Positions 40,481 to 56,792 of a stretch of DNA of 64,000 bases are shown piece by piece. Source of the stretch: the human T2T-CHM13v2.0 reference genome, Homo sapiens; NCBI RefSeq assembly GCF_009914755.1, contig NC_060933.1; one strand, 5' to 3'. The position numbers and the translations under genes were made by a program. Below the pieces are notes generated by a model that did not search any database, had not been told where the DNA came from, and saw nothing but the letters and a program-made list of their open reading frames with translations. Within the stretch, counting starts at the first letter, position 1; each line of letters starts with the position of its first letter.

Positions 40481-41924
40481 AATTCAGTACAGAAGTGCTA
40501 TTGAAGGTGAAAAAGATACCTACTATTAGTTGTATCACGTTCCCTTGATGTTATCATAGGCAATGTTTGGATAACACTGGATAAAACACTGGCAGGTTTT
40601 ATTGGCAATAAGTTGACCAGTTGATATGAGATACTTGGTTAACCTAGCAAAAACATGTGATCTTGTAGATAAAACATCTCCTTCATCTCATTTGATTTCC
40701 ATATATCCAAGATTTAATGTAATGATAATTTTATTATTTCCCAGTATTTTGTTAGGTGCTATAATTGGGAATATTACATCTTTTGGAGGGATTATTAATA
40801 ACTTAATGCTTTAAGTCTCCTTAGCTCCAGCTTTTGTTCTTGCTACTGCCTTCTTGTTTCTTACACTCTGCATGCATGCATGCAGGTGACTTTGAGTTAT
40901 ATGTAAATTTCAGGTTCCAGTTTTGCTTTTGCATATAATTCTTCTATTGCTATTTAGATGCTAAATAAATGTTATTCTATTAGATGCTGTTCTAATGCTA
41001 TTTAGCCATTCAGCTTTCACTGTGACAAGTTGCATGGGTTCATTACTTTCCTTCACTTCTCATATTAGATGTGTCTGTTCTATGATTGTAATCTATTAGT
41101 GTTCAATCTAATCATTCCATCTGCTCAAATGATTGAGTTGATCATTTGGTTAAGAAAGTATTAAGTATACCAGGTGCCACTGTGAAAACTAAAGAAATGA
41201 TGAGCAATTCTGGCCCATATGGCAGACTGCATTGACAAAAATAGCAGAGCAGACTTTTTAACAGGAACTCTACATATCTAGAAATTGGAATAATATCTTA
41301 TAAAAATTTATTTAATAAAATAAACAAATGGAAAAAAGTTAAATTTTGTGTGTTATATTTAATATATTTATATGAACACTAGTTGAATAAAGTCAATCTT
41401 TATTAATTTTGAGTAATTGATATTCTGTAATTCATTAAATTATTTTCTGTAGTTTTCTAAATTAAAAAAATTAACAAAACTTGATACATTTTCTGTGACC
41501 AAAGAAAGTTAAATTTTTGTATATTTAAATTATTATATTTAATTTTAAATCTTATATAAATGTGTTTTAAATACTTTTAGTTAAAATTGTAACATTATTT
41601 TTGATACTAACAATACAACCTGAGGGACCAGTAAAAGCCAGAGGTCTATCAATGGCTACCTACTAACCTCACAATCCCTGAAGTTCAGACATAGATATAT
41701 ATTCCTAGAAGTAAAATTTACTTGTGTGATCAGATATAAATATGTCTTTAAGAAAAAGTAGTCTTAAAAGGAGAAATTTTTCTTGTTTTTGTACTTATTT
41801 GCTACAAATGCTGGATATGTTAGTAAGGAAAATGAAAGGGGGCTAAAACATTTGGGATAAAAAATAAATACTGCTTGTTATAAATATGTGACCATAAAAT
41901 GTATTATGTAAAGCAGAAAACATT

Positions 41925-42872
41925 TGGAAGCAGGGCATTTTCCTGACCCTTTATGTGACTTGCGACACAGGTGCCTCATTTACTCAGCCTGCCATTCTCA
42001 ACTCCTTGGTGGAGGTAGCACCAAAGTAAAAGAGTGCAAGAACTGGAGTGAATGAGCTCTGGAACAGGCTGGCCACTTTCGCACCAGCAGGATCAAACTC
42101 CACTCACTCGGACCCACTGTATGCCACTCTGTGCTGGAGGGAGCACACAAGTGAGTGGGTGCAGAGACTGGCCAGATGCTTTAGCACCAGCAGGAGTGAA
42201 CTCTGTGCGTGGCCTGTGGCAGCATCCAGGTGGGGGTGCCTGCAACTGCCAAAGCCCCAGAGGGCATGCTGCAGTGCTCTTTTAGCACTGCGTCAGTAGA
42301 TGACTTAAGTGTTAACAGGTCAGTTGGCCCCTTGTCTTTTTGCATGAGGTGGTTGCCCTCTGTCAGCGAGTGCAAAGGGCCAGTGTGCCAGCCTTTTGTA
42401 TCCACACTCATGGATCCTGAACTCTTGTCCAGCATCCAGGAAAAAAGAGATCACACAAAAGAATTGAAGAATAGTAAATGTGGGGGATTTTATTGCTGAT
42501 GAAAGTGGCTGTTAGTGGGAAAGGGAGCTGAAAAGCAGATGGGGCAGGTAGGTAATCCTCCCCTGAAGTCCAGCTATCTCTGGCCGGATTCTTCTGCAAA
42601 GAGGTCATCAAGCTGTCCCTCTGAAGTCAAGCCACTTCTCTCTGACGTCAGGCTGTAGTCCTGTCTACTGGCTGAGTCTGGGGCTTTTATAGGCATAGGA
42701 TGAGGCAGGAGGGGGCCATGGGTGGTTTAGGAAAAGGCAACATTCAAGTAGGAAAACAGGGATATAAGTTCTCACTTTGGATCATGGTTTCAGGATTTTG
42801 GGCTTGAGGGAGAGTTTTCACAGAGGACCTGCCCTTTTCTGCCTAGAATTTCTCTGCCCCCTGTTGGTATCA
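41925..42872 (-). mobile_element. Solo ERV1 LTR (LTR27/LTR28/LTR1/MER52 group)
   Basis: GC-rich island. Its minus-strand start reads tgataccaacagggggcagagaaattctaggcag; antisense TATA (cttttatagg) and AATAAA; candidate TSD attt. Confidence 0.8.
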
Positions 42873-43433
42873 ATTTGACAGTAATAGGAAGTGGTTGGTA
42901 GCAAAAAATCAAAAAAGAGTTTTTTGTGCACATTCTAGTTATAAGTTTTGTTTTGTTTTGGATGTTTTGTTTTTTTTTTTTCCTCATAACATTTTCTAAG
43001 TAGAGCCCCTCAATGATATAAAAAAAGGGTAGTTTTAATTTTTTAATCAAAGAAAGGAATTCTAGGAAATTTTTAAATTAAAACATAAATCATTGATATA
43101 GAAGTACTTAATAGTTATTTTGTTTTATAAATTATTGACAGTAGGAGTTAGATTCACAGTACATGGAATAATCTAACAGTCTATATTCCGTAACCTGTAT
43201 CTTGGTGATTTCCACTCTTACCATTGGTCAAATATAACTGTAACAAGAGAGCATTCACCTGTTTGGGCTAGATTACTGAACCATTATTTACATATGGTGG
43301 ACCCAATTCTAAAGATAATTTTAAGCCACTTACAATAACACCCCCCAACAAACACTCACATATAGAAACACAGTATTAAACTTTAAGCATATAGAAAAGT
43401 AAAGGTAGAATGGGGGTAAGAATCAGAGAGTCA

Positions 43434-43748
<315 letters not shown>

Positions 43749-43894
43749 TCAGAGAGGCAAAGCATCACACAGACTTAAGTAATAAATCCTAATGGTATTT
43801 TTATATTTTGATCCTGAATTTCCTTTGAGCTTCTTGGCAACAAAATACAAAAGAAGACAAAGAAGACATGGTCAGTTGTTTCTGTAGCCCCAAA

Positions 43895-43935
43895 GAAACA
43901 AACAAACAAACACATACACATACATATATATATAT

Positions 43936-43977
<42 letters not shown>

Positions 43978-43990
43978 CCACACACGTATG
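43895..43990. repeat. AAAC/CA/TA compound microsatellite
   Basis: Directly visible. Confidence 0.95.
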
Positions 43991-44484
43991 CATCTGTGGG
44001 GATACATATACGCTTTAGGGTTACACAGCCACACAAATATAAACATATTTATGCACACATGTACACACTTATTCACACACACGTTGTTAAATAGAAATGA
44101 AACATTTTATAAAAATAATGTGTAATATCTAAAATTTATTTTTACTTAATGATTCCATTTAGAGACAGTAAAAGATGTAGTAGACAATGTTCTATCTCTT
44201 TGTTTTCTAAATTGGTTTCATATACTCTCAATCATGCATGTGGACATTTATTCATCTCAACCTCTTGTTAACATATGTTCATTGAATGCCAGCAGATCTG
44301 AGGCAACATCTTAACCACTGAGATAAAGTATTGGGAAAATGAGGCGTGTTTATTATATTTATGGAGTTAGTAATATTTGGAAGACAGAAATTAATTATAT
44401 AATCACACAGATAAACAATTATCAAAATTAAAACTTATATAGGGGGTTGGGAAAAATATGTCTATCTATATACTTCTCTCCCTT

Positions 44485-44555
44485 TATACATGTGTATATG
44501 TATATTTATGTGTGTGTGTATATATGTCTGTGTGTGTGTGTATAATATATATATC
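44485..44555. repeat. TG/TA microsatellite
   Basis: Directly visible. Confidence 0.85.
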
Positions 44556-45295
44556 TTTTGAAGAAATAGGAGGCTCGCCATAAATTATAATTTAAATTAG
44601 CAAAAAGATACTCAGATATATTCCATGTCTTTTCTTTACTGTATTACAAGACCAAATTAAAAACATGTTCAAACCAATGCCAAAATGGAAAGCAAAACAA
44701 AATTGTTTATTAGTTCATTGTAATCCAATTTATTTTTTTGACTTTTATTTCTTATTCACCATTGATCAGATTTGTTAGTTCTCATGACATCATGAACACT
44801 CAGAATGCTAAATCCCTACTCTCCTAGTAGCATTAAATATCCTTCATAGGGAAATCTAAATATATGCATTGGTATGTTGAAGTAAAAAAATTACAAGTCA
44901 AGTTAAATGAATAAAAAAATAGCCCTTAACAGTCCACTACAGGATACATGGAGCTTATATACAGAATATAATATGGGGGAAATTCATGCCCAAACCATGG
45001 CTATTTCATTTAAGTATTAGACAATGATATATATATTATCTTTAAGTAAGCCAACACGCAATGTAAAGTTAAAAATTCGATGTGTAATTAGCCATAGAAA
45101 TGACTACTAATTACGGAAATATAAAACAGGAAGAGTACTGTGGCCCAAAAAAATGGTTTAAAAAACATGGTTTATTTATTCTGGCTGAGTTGTTCTTATC
45201 TTCAATTTCCCTGAAACTTCGACTCAAAATTGTTCTAAACTCTATTTTAAGATCAGATTTCCTGATTTCTGTCATATACTCACATATCATTTATA

Positions 45296-45645
45296 CAGTC
45301 ATATGTCATTTAATGTTGGCGATGGTTCTGAGAAATGCATTGTTAGGTGATTTTGTTATTTTGTGAACATCATAGAGTATACTTACACAAACCTAATTGG
45401 TATAACATACTACAAATCTAGGTTATATGGTATAGTCTATTGTTCCTGAATTACAACTTTGTACAGCATATTACTGTACTGAGTACTGTAGGCAGTTATA
45501 ACACAATGAAAAGGATTTGTATAACTAAACATATCTAAACATAGAAAAGGTACAGTAAAAATACAGCATTATAATCTAATAGAACCATGATGGAATATGT
45601 GGTACATGTTGAGTAAAATGTTGTTAGTTATACGTTGCATGAATT
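45296..45645 (+). mobile_element. Tigger3a (MER7/Golem-type) non-autonomous DNA transposon
   Basis: TA|cagtcat...ggttctgagaaatgcattgttaggtgatttt...acttacacaaaccta...gcatga. About 350 bp with decayed TIRs. Confidence 0.88.
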
Positions 45646-47304
45646 TTTATGTGACATTTTGTCTTATATAACTATTTTCTATATATTTTATTTTTATTCT
45701 TAAAAAACTACTTCGAACTCATTCATCTTGTTCTATTATTTTCCGTTAGCCTTTTCCCGCCACATTTCTGAATAAGTAAAATGCTAATTTTCTCTCGCTT
45801 TACAATTTGACGTTTTGTTGTTGCAGTCAGCATTGCATCTACAGTCTGTGACAACTAAGATATTCTCTTATTCTGAAAGCCAGTCACATTAATATTCTTT
45901 ATTTCATTGCTCAGTGCATCCTAAGGACAAACATGCCATAAAACAGTGCCTATAAATCAAATTTAAGTGTACAACAGAGGTAATGGGGATTGTAAAAATG
46001 TCATGCTTTGCCAGTGGTTGACTGGAGAATGACCCATTATCATAGTAAAGTGATAAAATCTATGTGATAAAGCACATAAGCTTTGTAACACTGCTGCTTC
46101 TGTTAATCCATTAGATTTAGATCAAAGTTATGGCATCAGATTGAGTCTCAATAATTTAAGAAAAATTAAATTTTTCAGTGAATTGAGAGATTTCGAAGTA
46201 TTTATTTTCTTCTGCATAAGATTTAGATTTAAGAAAGCAAAATTACTTATAATTTATTAATGTATAATCCATTTGGAAGGACATGTTAATAATAAAACAT
46301 TTCCACAATTTGTAAATTGCTGTGTAAATTAACAGGAACTGAAAGGAAGTGTCTGAAACTGTCCATAGAAGAGTTACCTTTAGACAACATGATGACATCT
46401 AGATTGAACTACTTTCACTTTAGAACAAAATGTGGTTGGCCATGCAACATATTGACATGTAGCTCCTTCATCACATAACAATAACTTCTGTTTAAAATGG
46501 AGGCAAATAAAAAAGGCCTATTAAATATAACCAGATGAAAATCTTTTCTGAACTTAAAAATGTTACTTTAAAAAAATTAACGGTGTAAAACAGGTGTTAC
46601 CAGAAGTAGAAACCTTCATAACAAATTTCTCTTGTTAATATAACAGAGCTTTATAGGGACCCTAAAAAAATAACAAAATAAACATCTGAAAAACAAAACC
46701 AGTAAAACAACTTTTCCAGCCTCAAGTAATTTTATCCAATAATGGGAAATTGCTTTATTCATTATCCTTCAGTTAGTTGTATCCTTTGGTAACCAAATTA
46801 CAGCAATTACATCGCTGACCTCACCACCTTCAAGTAAAGAACAAAAATGTTGAGAGCATCTAATTGAGTGAGTTACACACACCATATTATGAAACAATAG
46901 GGAATTACAGTATGTGTACCCAGAAATATGGAAAAGACTAGTTTTCTTTCCCAAATATCTAATTACTTAAAAATTATAGTTTATTGCTAAATAAAATAAG
47001 GGATGCACTTATTTAATAAAGCTTTGATATTATGCTCTAACTACAATGTGAGAACAGTATTTGAAAAAAAATTTACCCATGATCTTACACAAATATAACC
47101 TTTAAGCTGAATAGTTGAAGTAAATGATACATTAACTGTAAACATAAACTTTGAAATATAGAAAAACTCCTGTTTACTTTTTTCTAAAGGAGTGTGCACT
47201 AATAAAATGTAGTATTTTTAATGATTACTAAAATTGGAACATATTAGTCTTTTTTGGATGAATATTGAAAATGTGTTTTACATTTTTATTCATTTATTTA
47301 CTGG

Positions 47305-49232
47305 AGGTTTAGGTTAGAGGCAAGTTAGAGGTGCCCTTCCCTTCCCTTCCCTTTCCTCCCCTTCCCTTCCTTCCCTTCCCTCCCCTTCCCTTCCTTCCCT
47401 TCCCTTCCATCCCCTCCCCACCCTCCCCTCCCATCGCCTCCCTTCTCTTCCTCTCCCCTTCCCTTCCCTTTCTTTTTCTTTCATTTCTTTGTTGAATGGT
47501 TTTGACCAAAACACTGATAATGATATGAACAATGAAATCCAGGAAAGGGTGGTCTAAGATGGAGAAGAGGAACTTGTTGGGAGCTGGACCAAAGGTGACT
47601 CTTGTCATGTTTAAGCAAAAAGATTGGCAGCGTTTTGCCCCTGCACTAGAGATCTGTGGAACTTTGAACTTGATAGGGATGATTCAGTGTATCTGGCAGA
47701 AGAAATTTCTAAGCAGCAAAGAGTTCAAGTGCTGACTTGTGTGCTGTTATAGGCATTCAGTTTTATAAGGGAAGCAGAGAATAAAAGTTTGGAAAATTTG
47801 CAGCCTGACAATTTGATAGAAAAGAAAATTCTATGATCGAGGAAAAATTCAAGCCAATTGCAGGAATTTGCATAAGTAACCAGGAGCCAAATGTTAATCC
47901 CCAAGACAATGGGAAAAATGTCTGCATGGCATGTCAGAGACCTTTGTGGTAGCCCCTCCCATCACAAGCCTGGAGGCCTAGGAGGAAAAAATGGTTTCAT
48001 GGGCTGGGCCCAGGATCCCCATGCTGTGTGCAGCCTAGGAACTTGGTCCCCTGCATCCCAGTTGCCCCACCTGTGTCTGAAAGGGATCAATATAGAGCTT
48101 GGACCATGGCTTTAGAGGGTGCAGGCCCCAAGACTTGGCAGCTTCTTCGTGGTGTTGAGCCTGCAAGTGCACAGAAGTCAAGAATTGGTGTTTTGGGACC
48201 TCCACCTAGATTTTAGAAGATGTATGGAAATGCCTGGATTCCCAGACATAAGTTTGCTGCAGGGGCAGGGTCCTCATGGAGAACCTCTGCTAGGGCAGTG
48301 CAGAAGGGAAATGTGGGGTCAGAGTACCCACACACAGTCCCTACTGGGGCACCACCTAATGGAGCTGTGAGAAGACAGCCACCATTCTACAGACCCTAGA
48401 ATGGTAGATCCATTGACAGCTTGCACTGTGAGCCTGGAAAAGCCACAGACACTCAATGCCAGCCCTTGAAAGCACTTGGGAGTAAGGCCACACCCTGCAC
48501 AGGCACAGAGGCGGGAGCTGCTCAAGGCCAGGAGAACCCACCTCTTGCATCAGCTTGATATTGATGTGAGACATGGGTCACAAAAGATCATTTTGGATCA
48601 TTTTGACTCCCACACTGGATTTTGGACTTGCATTTATCCCCTTTATTTTGGCCAATTTCTCCTATTTACCCAATGCCTGTACCCCCATTGTATCTGAGAA
48701 GTAACTAACTTGCTTTTGATTTTACAGGCTCATAGGTGGAAGAAACTTGCCTTGTTGCAGATGAGACTTTGGACCGTGGACTTTTGAGTTAATGCTGAAA
48801 TGAGTTAAGACTTTGGGGAGACTGTTGGGAAAGCATGATTCATTTTGAAATGGGAGGACATGAGATTTGTGAGGGGCCAGGTGTGGAATGATATGGTTTG
48901 GTTCTGTCCCTGCCCAACTCTCATCTTGAAATCCCATGTGTTGTGAGAGGGACCCAATGGGAGATAACTGAATCAGAGGAGTGGGTCTTTCCCATGCTGT
49001 TTTTGTGATGCTAAATAAGTCTCATGAAATCTGATGGTTTTAAAAACAGGAGTTTCTCTTCACAAGCTCTCTCTTTGCCTGCTGCCATCCATGTCAGATA
49101 TGACTTGCTCCTGCTAGCCTTCTGCCATGATTGTGAGGCCTTTCCAGCATGTGAAATTGAAGTCCATTAAACTTCTTTTTCCTCCCAGTCTTGGGTGTGT
49201 CTTTATCAGCAGTGTGAAAACAAACTAATACA
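47305..49232 (+). mobile_element. THE1 (THE1A-like) MaLR: internal region plus 3' LTR (48889-49232); 5' LTR absent
   Basis: ttgttgaatggttttgaccaaaa...THE1 internal sequence, then a polypurine tract and tgatatggtttgg...ctttatcagcagtgtgaaaacaaactaataca. Confidence 0.92.
47334..47489. repeat. (CCCTT/CCTT)n homopyrimidine low-complexity tract
   Basis: About 155 bp of almost pure C/T. Confidence 0.95.
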
Positions 49233-49234
49233 AC

Positions 49235-50766
49235 TCTTATCCTCTTATAATCACAATTTTGCTCCTACATCTATGAGCTCAATTTTTGTTTCTTAGCTTC
49301 CACTTATGAGTGAGAATATACAATATTTATCTTTCTATGTCTGGCTTATTTTACTTAAACTCATGTCCTCTAGGCTTATTCATGTTGCCACAGATGACAC
49401 AATTTTATTTCTGTGTGTGTCCATGTGTGTGTGTGTTTGTGGGTATGTCTAAATAATATACCATTATATACATATGTCACATTTTCATTATATCTCAATC
49501 TTTTGATGGACATTTTGGTTGATTTCAGATCTTGGGTATTTTGACTAGAGCTTTCCTATCCTTTATATACATACACAGTAGCAGAATTGCGGGATCATAT
49601 AGTAATACTATTTTATAATTAATTGAAAAACCTACATTATGTTTTCCATAATGAATATACTAATTACTATTCCACTGACAGTACATAAGAGTTCCCCTTT
49701 CTCTGCATTTGCACCAACATTTGTTATATTTTCTCTTTTTGATGTGAGCCATTCTAACAAGAGTGAAATGATATCTCATTGTTGTTTTGATTTACATTTT
49801 CCTGATGATGAGTGATGTTGAATTCTTTTTCATATACGTGTGATCCATTTATAGGTCTTTTTTCACAGAAATATCTATTTAGATTCTATGCCAAATTTTA
49901 ATCAGGTTTTTTTTTCTGTTGCTGTTTCAGTTACTTGTATATACTGGATATTAGCTCCTTGTCAGATGAAGAGTTTGCAAATATTTTCTCCCATTTCACA
50001 TGTTGTCTCTTCACTCTTTGTATTGTTTGCTTTGCAGAAGGTTTTTACATATATTCCCACTTGCCATTTTTGTTTTGGTAGTTTGTGCTTTTGAAGGCTT
50101 TCCCATGAAATCTGCCTAGACCAATGTCCTGAAGCATTTCCCTTATGTTTTCTTGCAGTAATTTTATACAGGTTCAGATCTTACATTTAAGTCCTACATC
50201 CATTTTGAATTTATTTTTGCATATGGTGAAATACAGGGGTCTAATTTCATTCTTCTGCATACAAACAACCAGTTTTTTTAGATTCATTTATTGAAGAGGG
50301 TGTTCTCTCCCCAATGTGTTTTATTGGTACCTTTTTCAAAAATCAGTTGGCTGTAGATAAGGGTATATATTTATGGGTTCTCTATTCCATTGGTCTTTGG
50401 GTCTGTTTTTATATCACTACTATGCTGCCTTGGTTACTACGGCTTTGGAATATATTTTGAAGTCAGGTAAAGTGATGCTCCAGCTTTGTTCTTTGTGCTT
50501 AGCATTGCTTTGGACATCTGAGGTCTTTTGTGGTTCATACAAATGTTAGAATTGCCTTGTCTATTTCTATTTAAAATATTATTGGCATTTTGCTAGAGAT
50601 ACTGATTCTGTAAATTGCATTGGATACTGTAGTCATTTTAGCAATTTTAATGACCCAAGTTCATGATATGGGATGTCTCGCCATTTGTTTATTCAACTTC
50701 ATTCACTAGTGTTTTAAAATTTTTGTCGTAGAAGTTTTTCACATCTTTGGTTAAATGTATATTTAA
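49235..50766 (-). mobile_element. Old L1MA-type element, 3' part
   Basis: Antisense 3'UTR and ORF2 end (cttccacttatgagtgagaatatacaatatttatctttc; gccattctaacaagagtgaaatgatatctcattg). Confidence 0.9.
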
Positions 50767-51654
50767 GGAGGGAGGAGCCAAGATGGCTAAATAGGAACAG
50801 CTCCGGTCAACAGCTCCCAGCGTGAGCGACGCAGAAGACGGGTGATTTCTGCATTTCCATCTGAGGTACCGGGTTCATCTCACTAGGGAGTGCCAGACAG
50901 TGGGTGCAGGTCACTGGGTGTGCGAACCATGCGCAACCCGAAGCAGGGCGAGGCATTGGCTCACTCGGGAAGTGCAAGGGCTCAGGGAGTTCCCTTTCCT
51001 AGTCAAAGAAAGGGGTGACAGACGGCACCTGGAAAATCGGGTCACTCCCACCCGAATACTGCGCTTTTCCAACGGGCTTAAAAAACGGCGCACCAGGAGA
51101 TTATATCCCACATATGGCTCGGAGAGTCCTACGCCCACGGAGTCTCGCTGACTGCTAGCACAGCAGTCTGAGATCAAACTGCAAGACAGCAGCGAGGCTG
51201 GGGGAGGGGCGCCCGCCATTGTCCAGGCTTGCTTAGGTAAACAAAGCAGCCAGGAAGCTCGAAATGGGTGGAGCCCACCACAGCTCAAGGAGGCCTGCCT
51301 GCCTCTGTAGGCTCCACCTCTGGGGGCAGGGCACAGACAAACAAAAAGACAGCAGTAACCTCTGCAGACTTAAATGTCCCTGTCTGACAGCTTTGAAGAG
51401 AGCAGTGGAGATCTGAGAACAGGCAGACAGCCTCCTCAAGTGGGTCCCTGACCCCTGACCCCCGAGCAGCCTAACTGGGAGGCACCACCCAGCAGGGGCA
51501 GACTGACACCTCACACGGCCGGGTACTCCAACAGACCTGCAGCTGAGGGTCCTGTCTGTTAGAAGGAAAACTAACAAACAGAAAGGACATTCACACCAAA
51601 AACCCATCTGTACATAACCACCATCAAAGACAAAAAGTAGATAAAACCACAAAG
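50767..51654 (+). promoter_or_regulatory. L1 5'UTR internal sense and antisense promoter region (CpG-rich)
   Basis: YY1 core caagatggc near the 5' end (the adjacent CG is mutated to TA), SOX-like aaacaaa sites, and the highest CpG density in the window. Activity not shown. Confidence 0.75.
50911..51219 (-). CDS. ORF0: L1 ORF0 (antisense), 102 aa open frame
   Basis: MAGAPPPASLLSCSLISDCCASSQRDSVGVGLSEP...RVGVTRFSRC matches primate L1 ORF0. ATG at 51219-51217. Expression unknown. Confidence 0.6.
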   Translation of the reverse strand: MAGAPPPASLLSCSLISDCCASSQRDSVGVGLSEPYVGYNLLVRRFLSPLEKRSIRVGVTRFSRCRLSPLSLTRKGNSLSPCTSRVSQCLALLRVAHGSHTQ

Positions 51655-52670
51655 ATGGGGAAAAAACAGAGCAGAAAAACTGGAAACTCTAAAAAGCAGA
51701 GCGCCTCTCCTCCTCCAAAGGAACGCAGTTCCTCACCAGCAACAGAACAAAGCTGGACGGAGAATGACTTTGACGAGCTGAGAGAAGAAGGCTTCAGACA
51801 ATCAAATTACTCTGAGCTACAGGAGGACATTCAAACCAAAGGCAAAGAAGTTGAAAACTTTGAAAAAAGTTTAGAAGAATGTATAACTAGAATAACCAAT
51901 ACAGAGAAGTGCTTAAAGGAGCTGATGGAGCTGAAAACTAAGGCTGGAGAACTACGTGAAGAATGCAGAAGCCTCAGGAGCCGATGCGATCAATGGGAAG
52001 AAAGGGTATCAGTGATGGAAGATGAAGTGAATGAAATGAAGCGAGAAGGGAAGTTTAGAGAAAAAAGAATAAAAAGAAACTAGCAAAGCCTCCAAGAAAT
52101 ATGGGACTATGTGAAAAGACCAAATCTACGTCTGATTGGTGTACCTGAAAGTGACGGGGAGAATGGAACCAAGTTGGAAAACACTCTGCAGGATATTATC
52201 CAGGAGAACTTCCCCAATCTAGCAAGGCAGGTCAACATTCAGATTCAGGAAATACAGAGAACGCCACAAAGATACTCCTCGAGAAGAGCAACTCCAAGAC
52301 ACATAATTGTCAGATTCACCAAAGTTGAAATGAAGGAAAAAATGTTAAGGGCAGCCAGAGAGAAAGGTCGGGTTACCCACAAATGGAAGCCCCTCAGACT
52401 AACAGTGGATCTCTCGGCAGAAACTCTACAAGCCAGAAGAGAGTGGGGGCCAATATTCAACATTCTTAAAGAAAAGAATTTTCAACCCAGAATTTCATAT
52501 CCAGCCAAACTAAGCTTCATAAGTGAAGGAGAAATAAAATACTTTACAGACAAGCAAATGCTGAGAGATTTTGACACCACCAGCCCTGCCCTAAAAGAGC
52601 TCCTGAAAAAGCGCTAAACATGGAAAGGAACAACTGATATCAGCCGCTGCAAAATCATGCCAAAATGTAA
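51655..52670 (+). pseudogene. L1 ORF1p (RNA-binding protein), disrupted
   Basis: MGKKQSRKTGNSK...; premature TAG at 52081-52083; frameshift near 52605. Confidence 0.97.
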
Positions 52671-52730
52671 AGACCACTAAGATTAGGAAGAAACTGCATG
52701 AACTAATGAGCAAAATAACCAGCTAATATC

Positions 52731-56556
<3,826 letters not shown>

Positions 56557-56792
56557 ACAATGAGATCACATGGACACAGGAAGGGGAACATCACACTCTG
56601 GGGACTGTTGTGGGGTGGGGGGAGGGGGGAGGGATAGCATTGGGAGATATACCTAATGCTAGATGACGAGTTAGTGGATGCAGCGCACCACCATGGCACA
56701 TGTATACATATGGAACTAACCTGAACATTGTGCACATGTACCCTAAAACTTAAAATATAAGAATAATATATTTTTAAAAAATGTATATTTAA

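Noticed and set aside
56611-56633. G-quadruplex motif
   Set aside because: It is a standard feature of all L1PA 3'UTRs and not specific to this locus.
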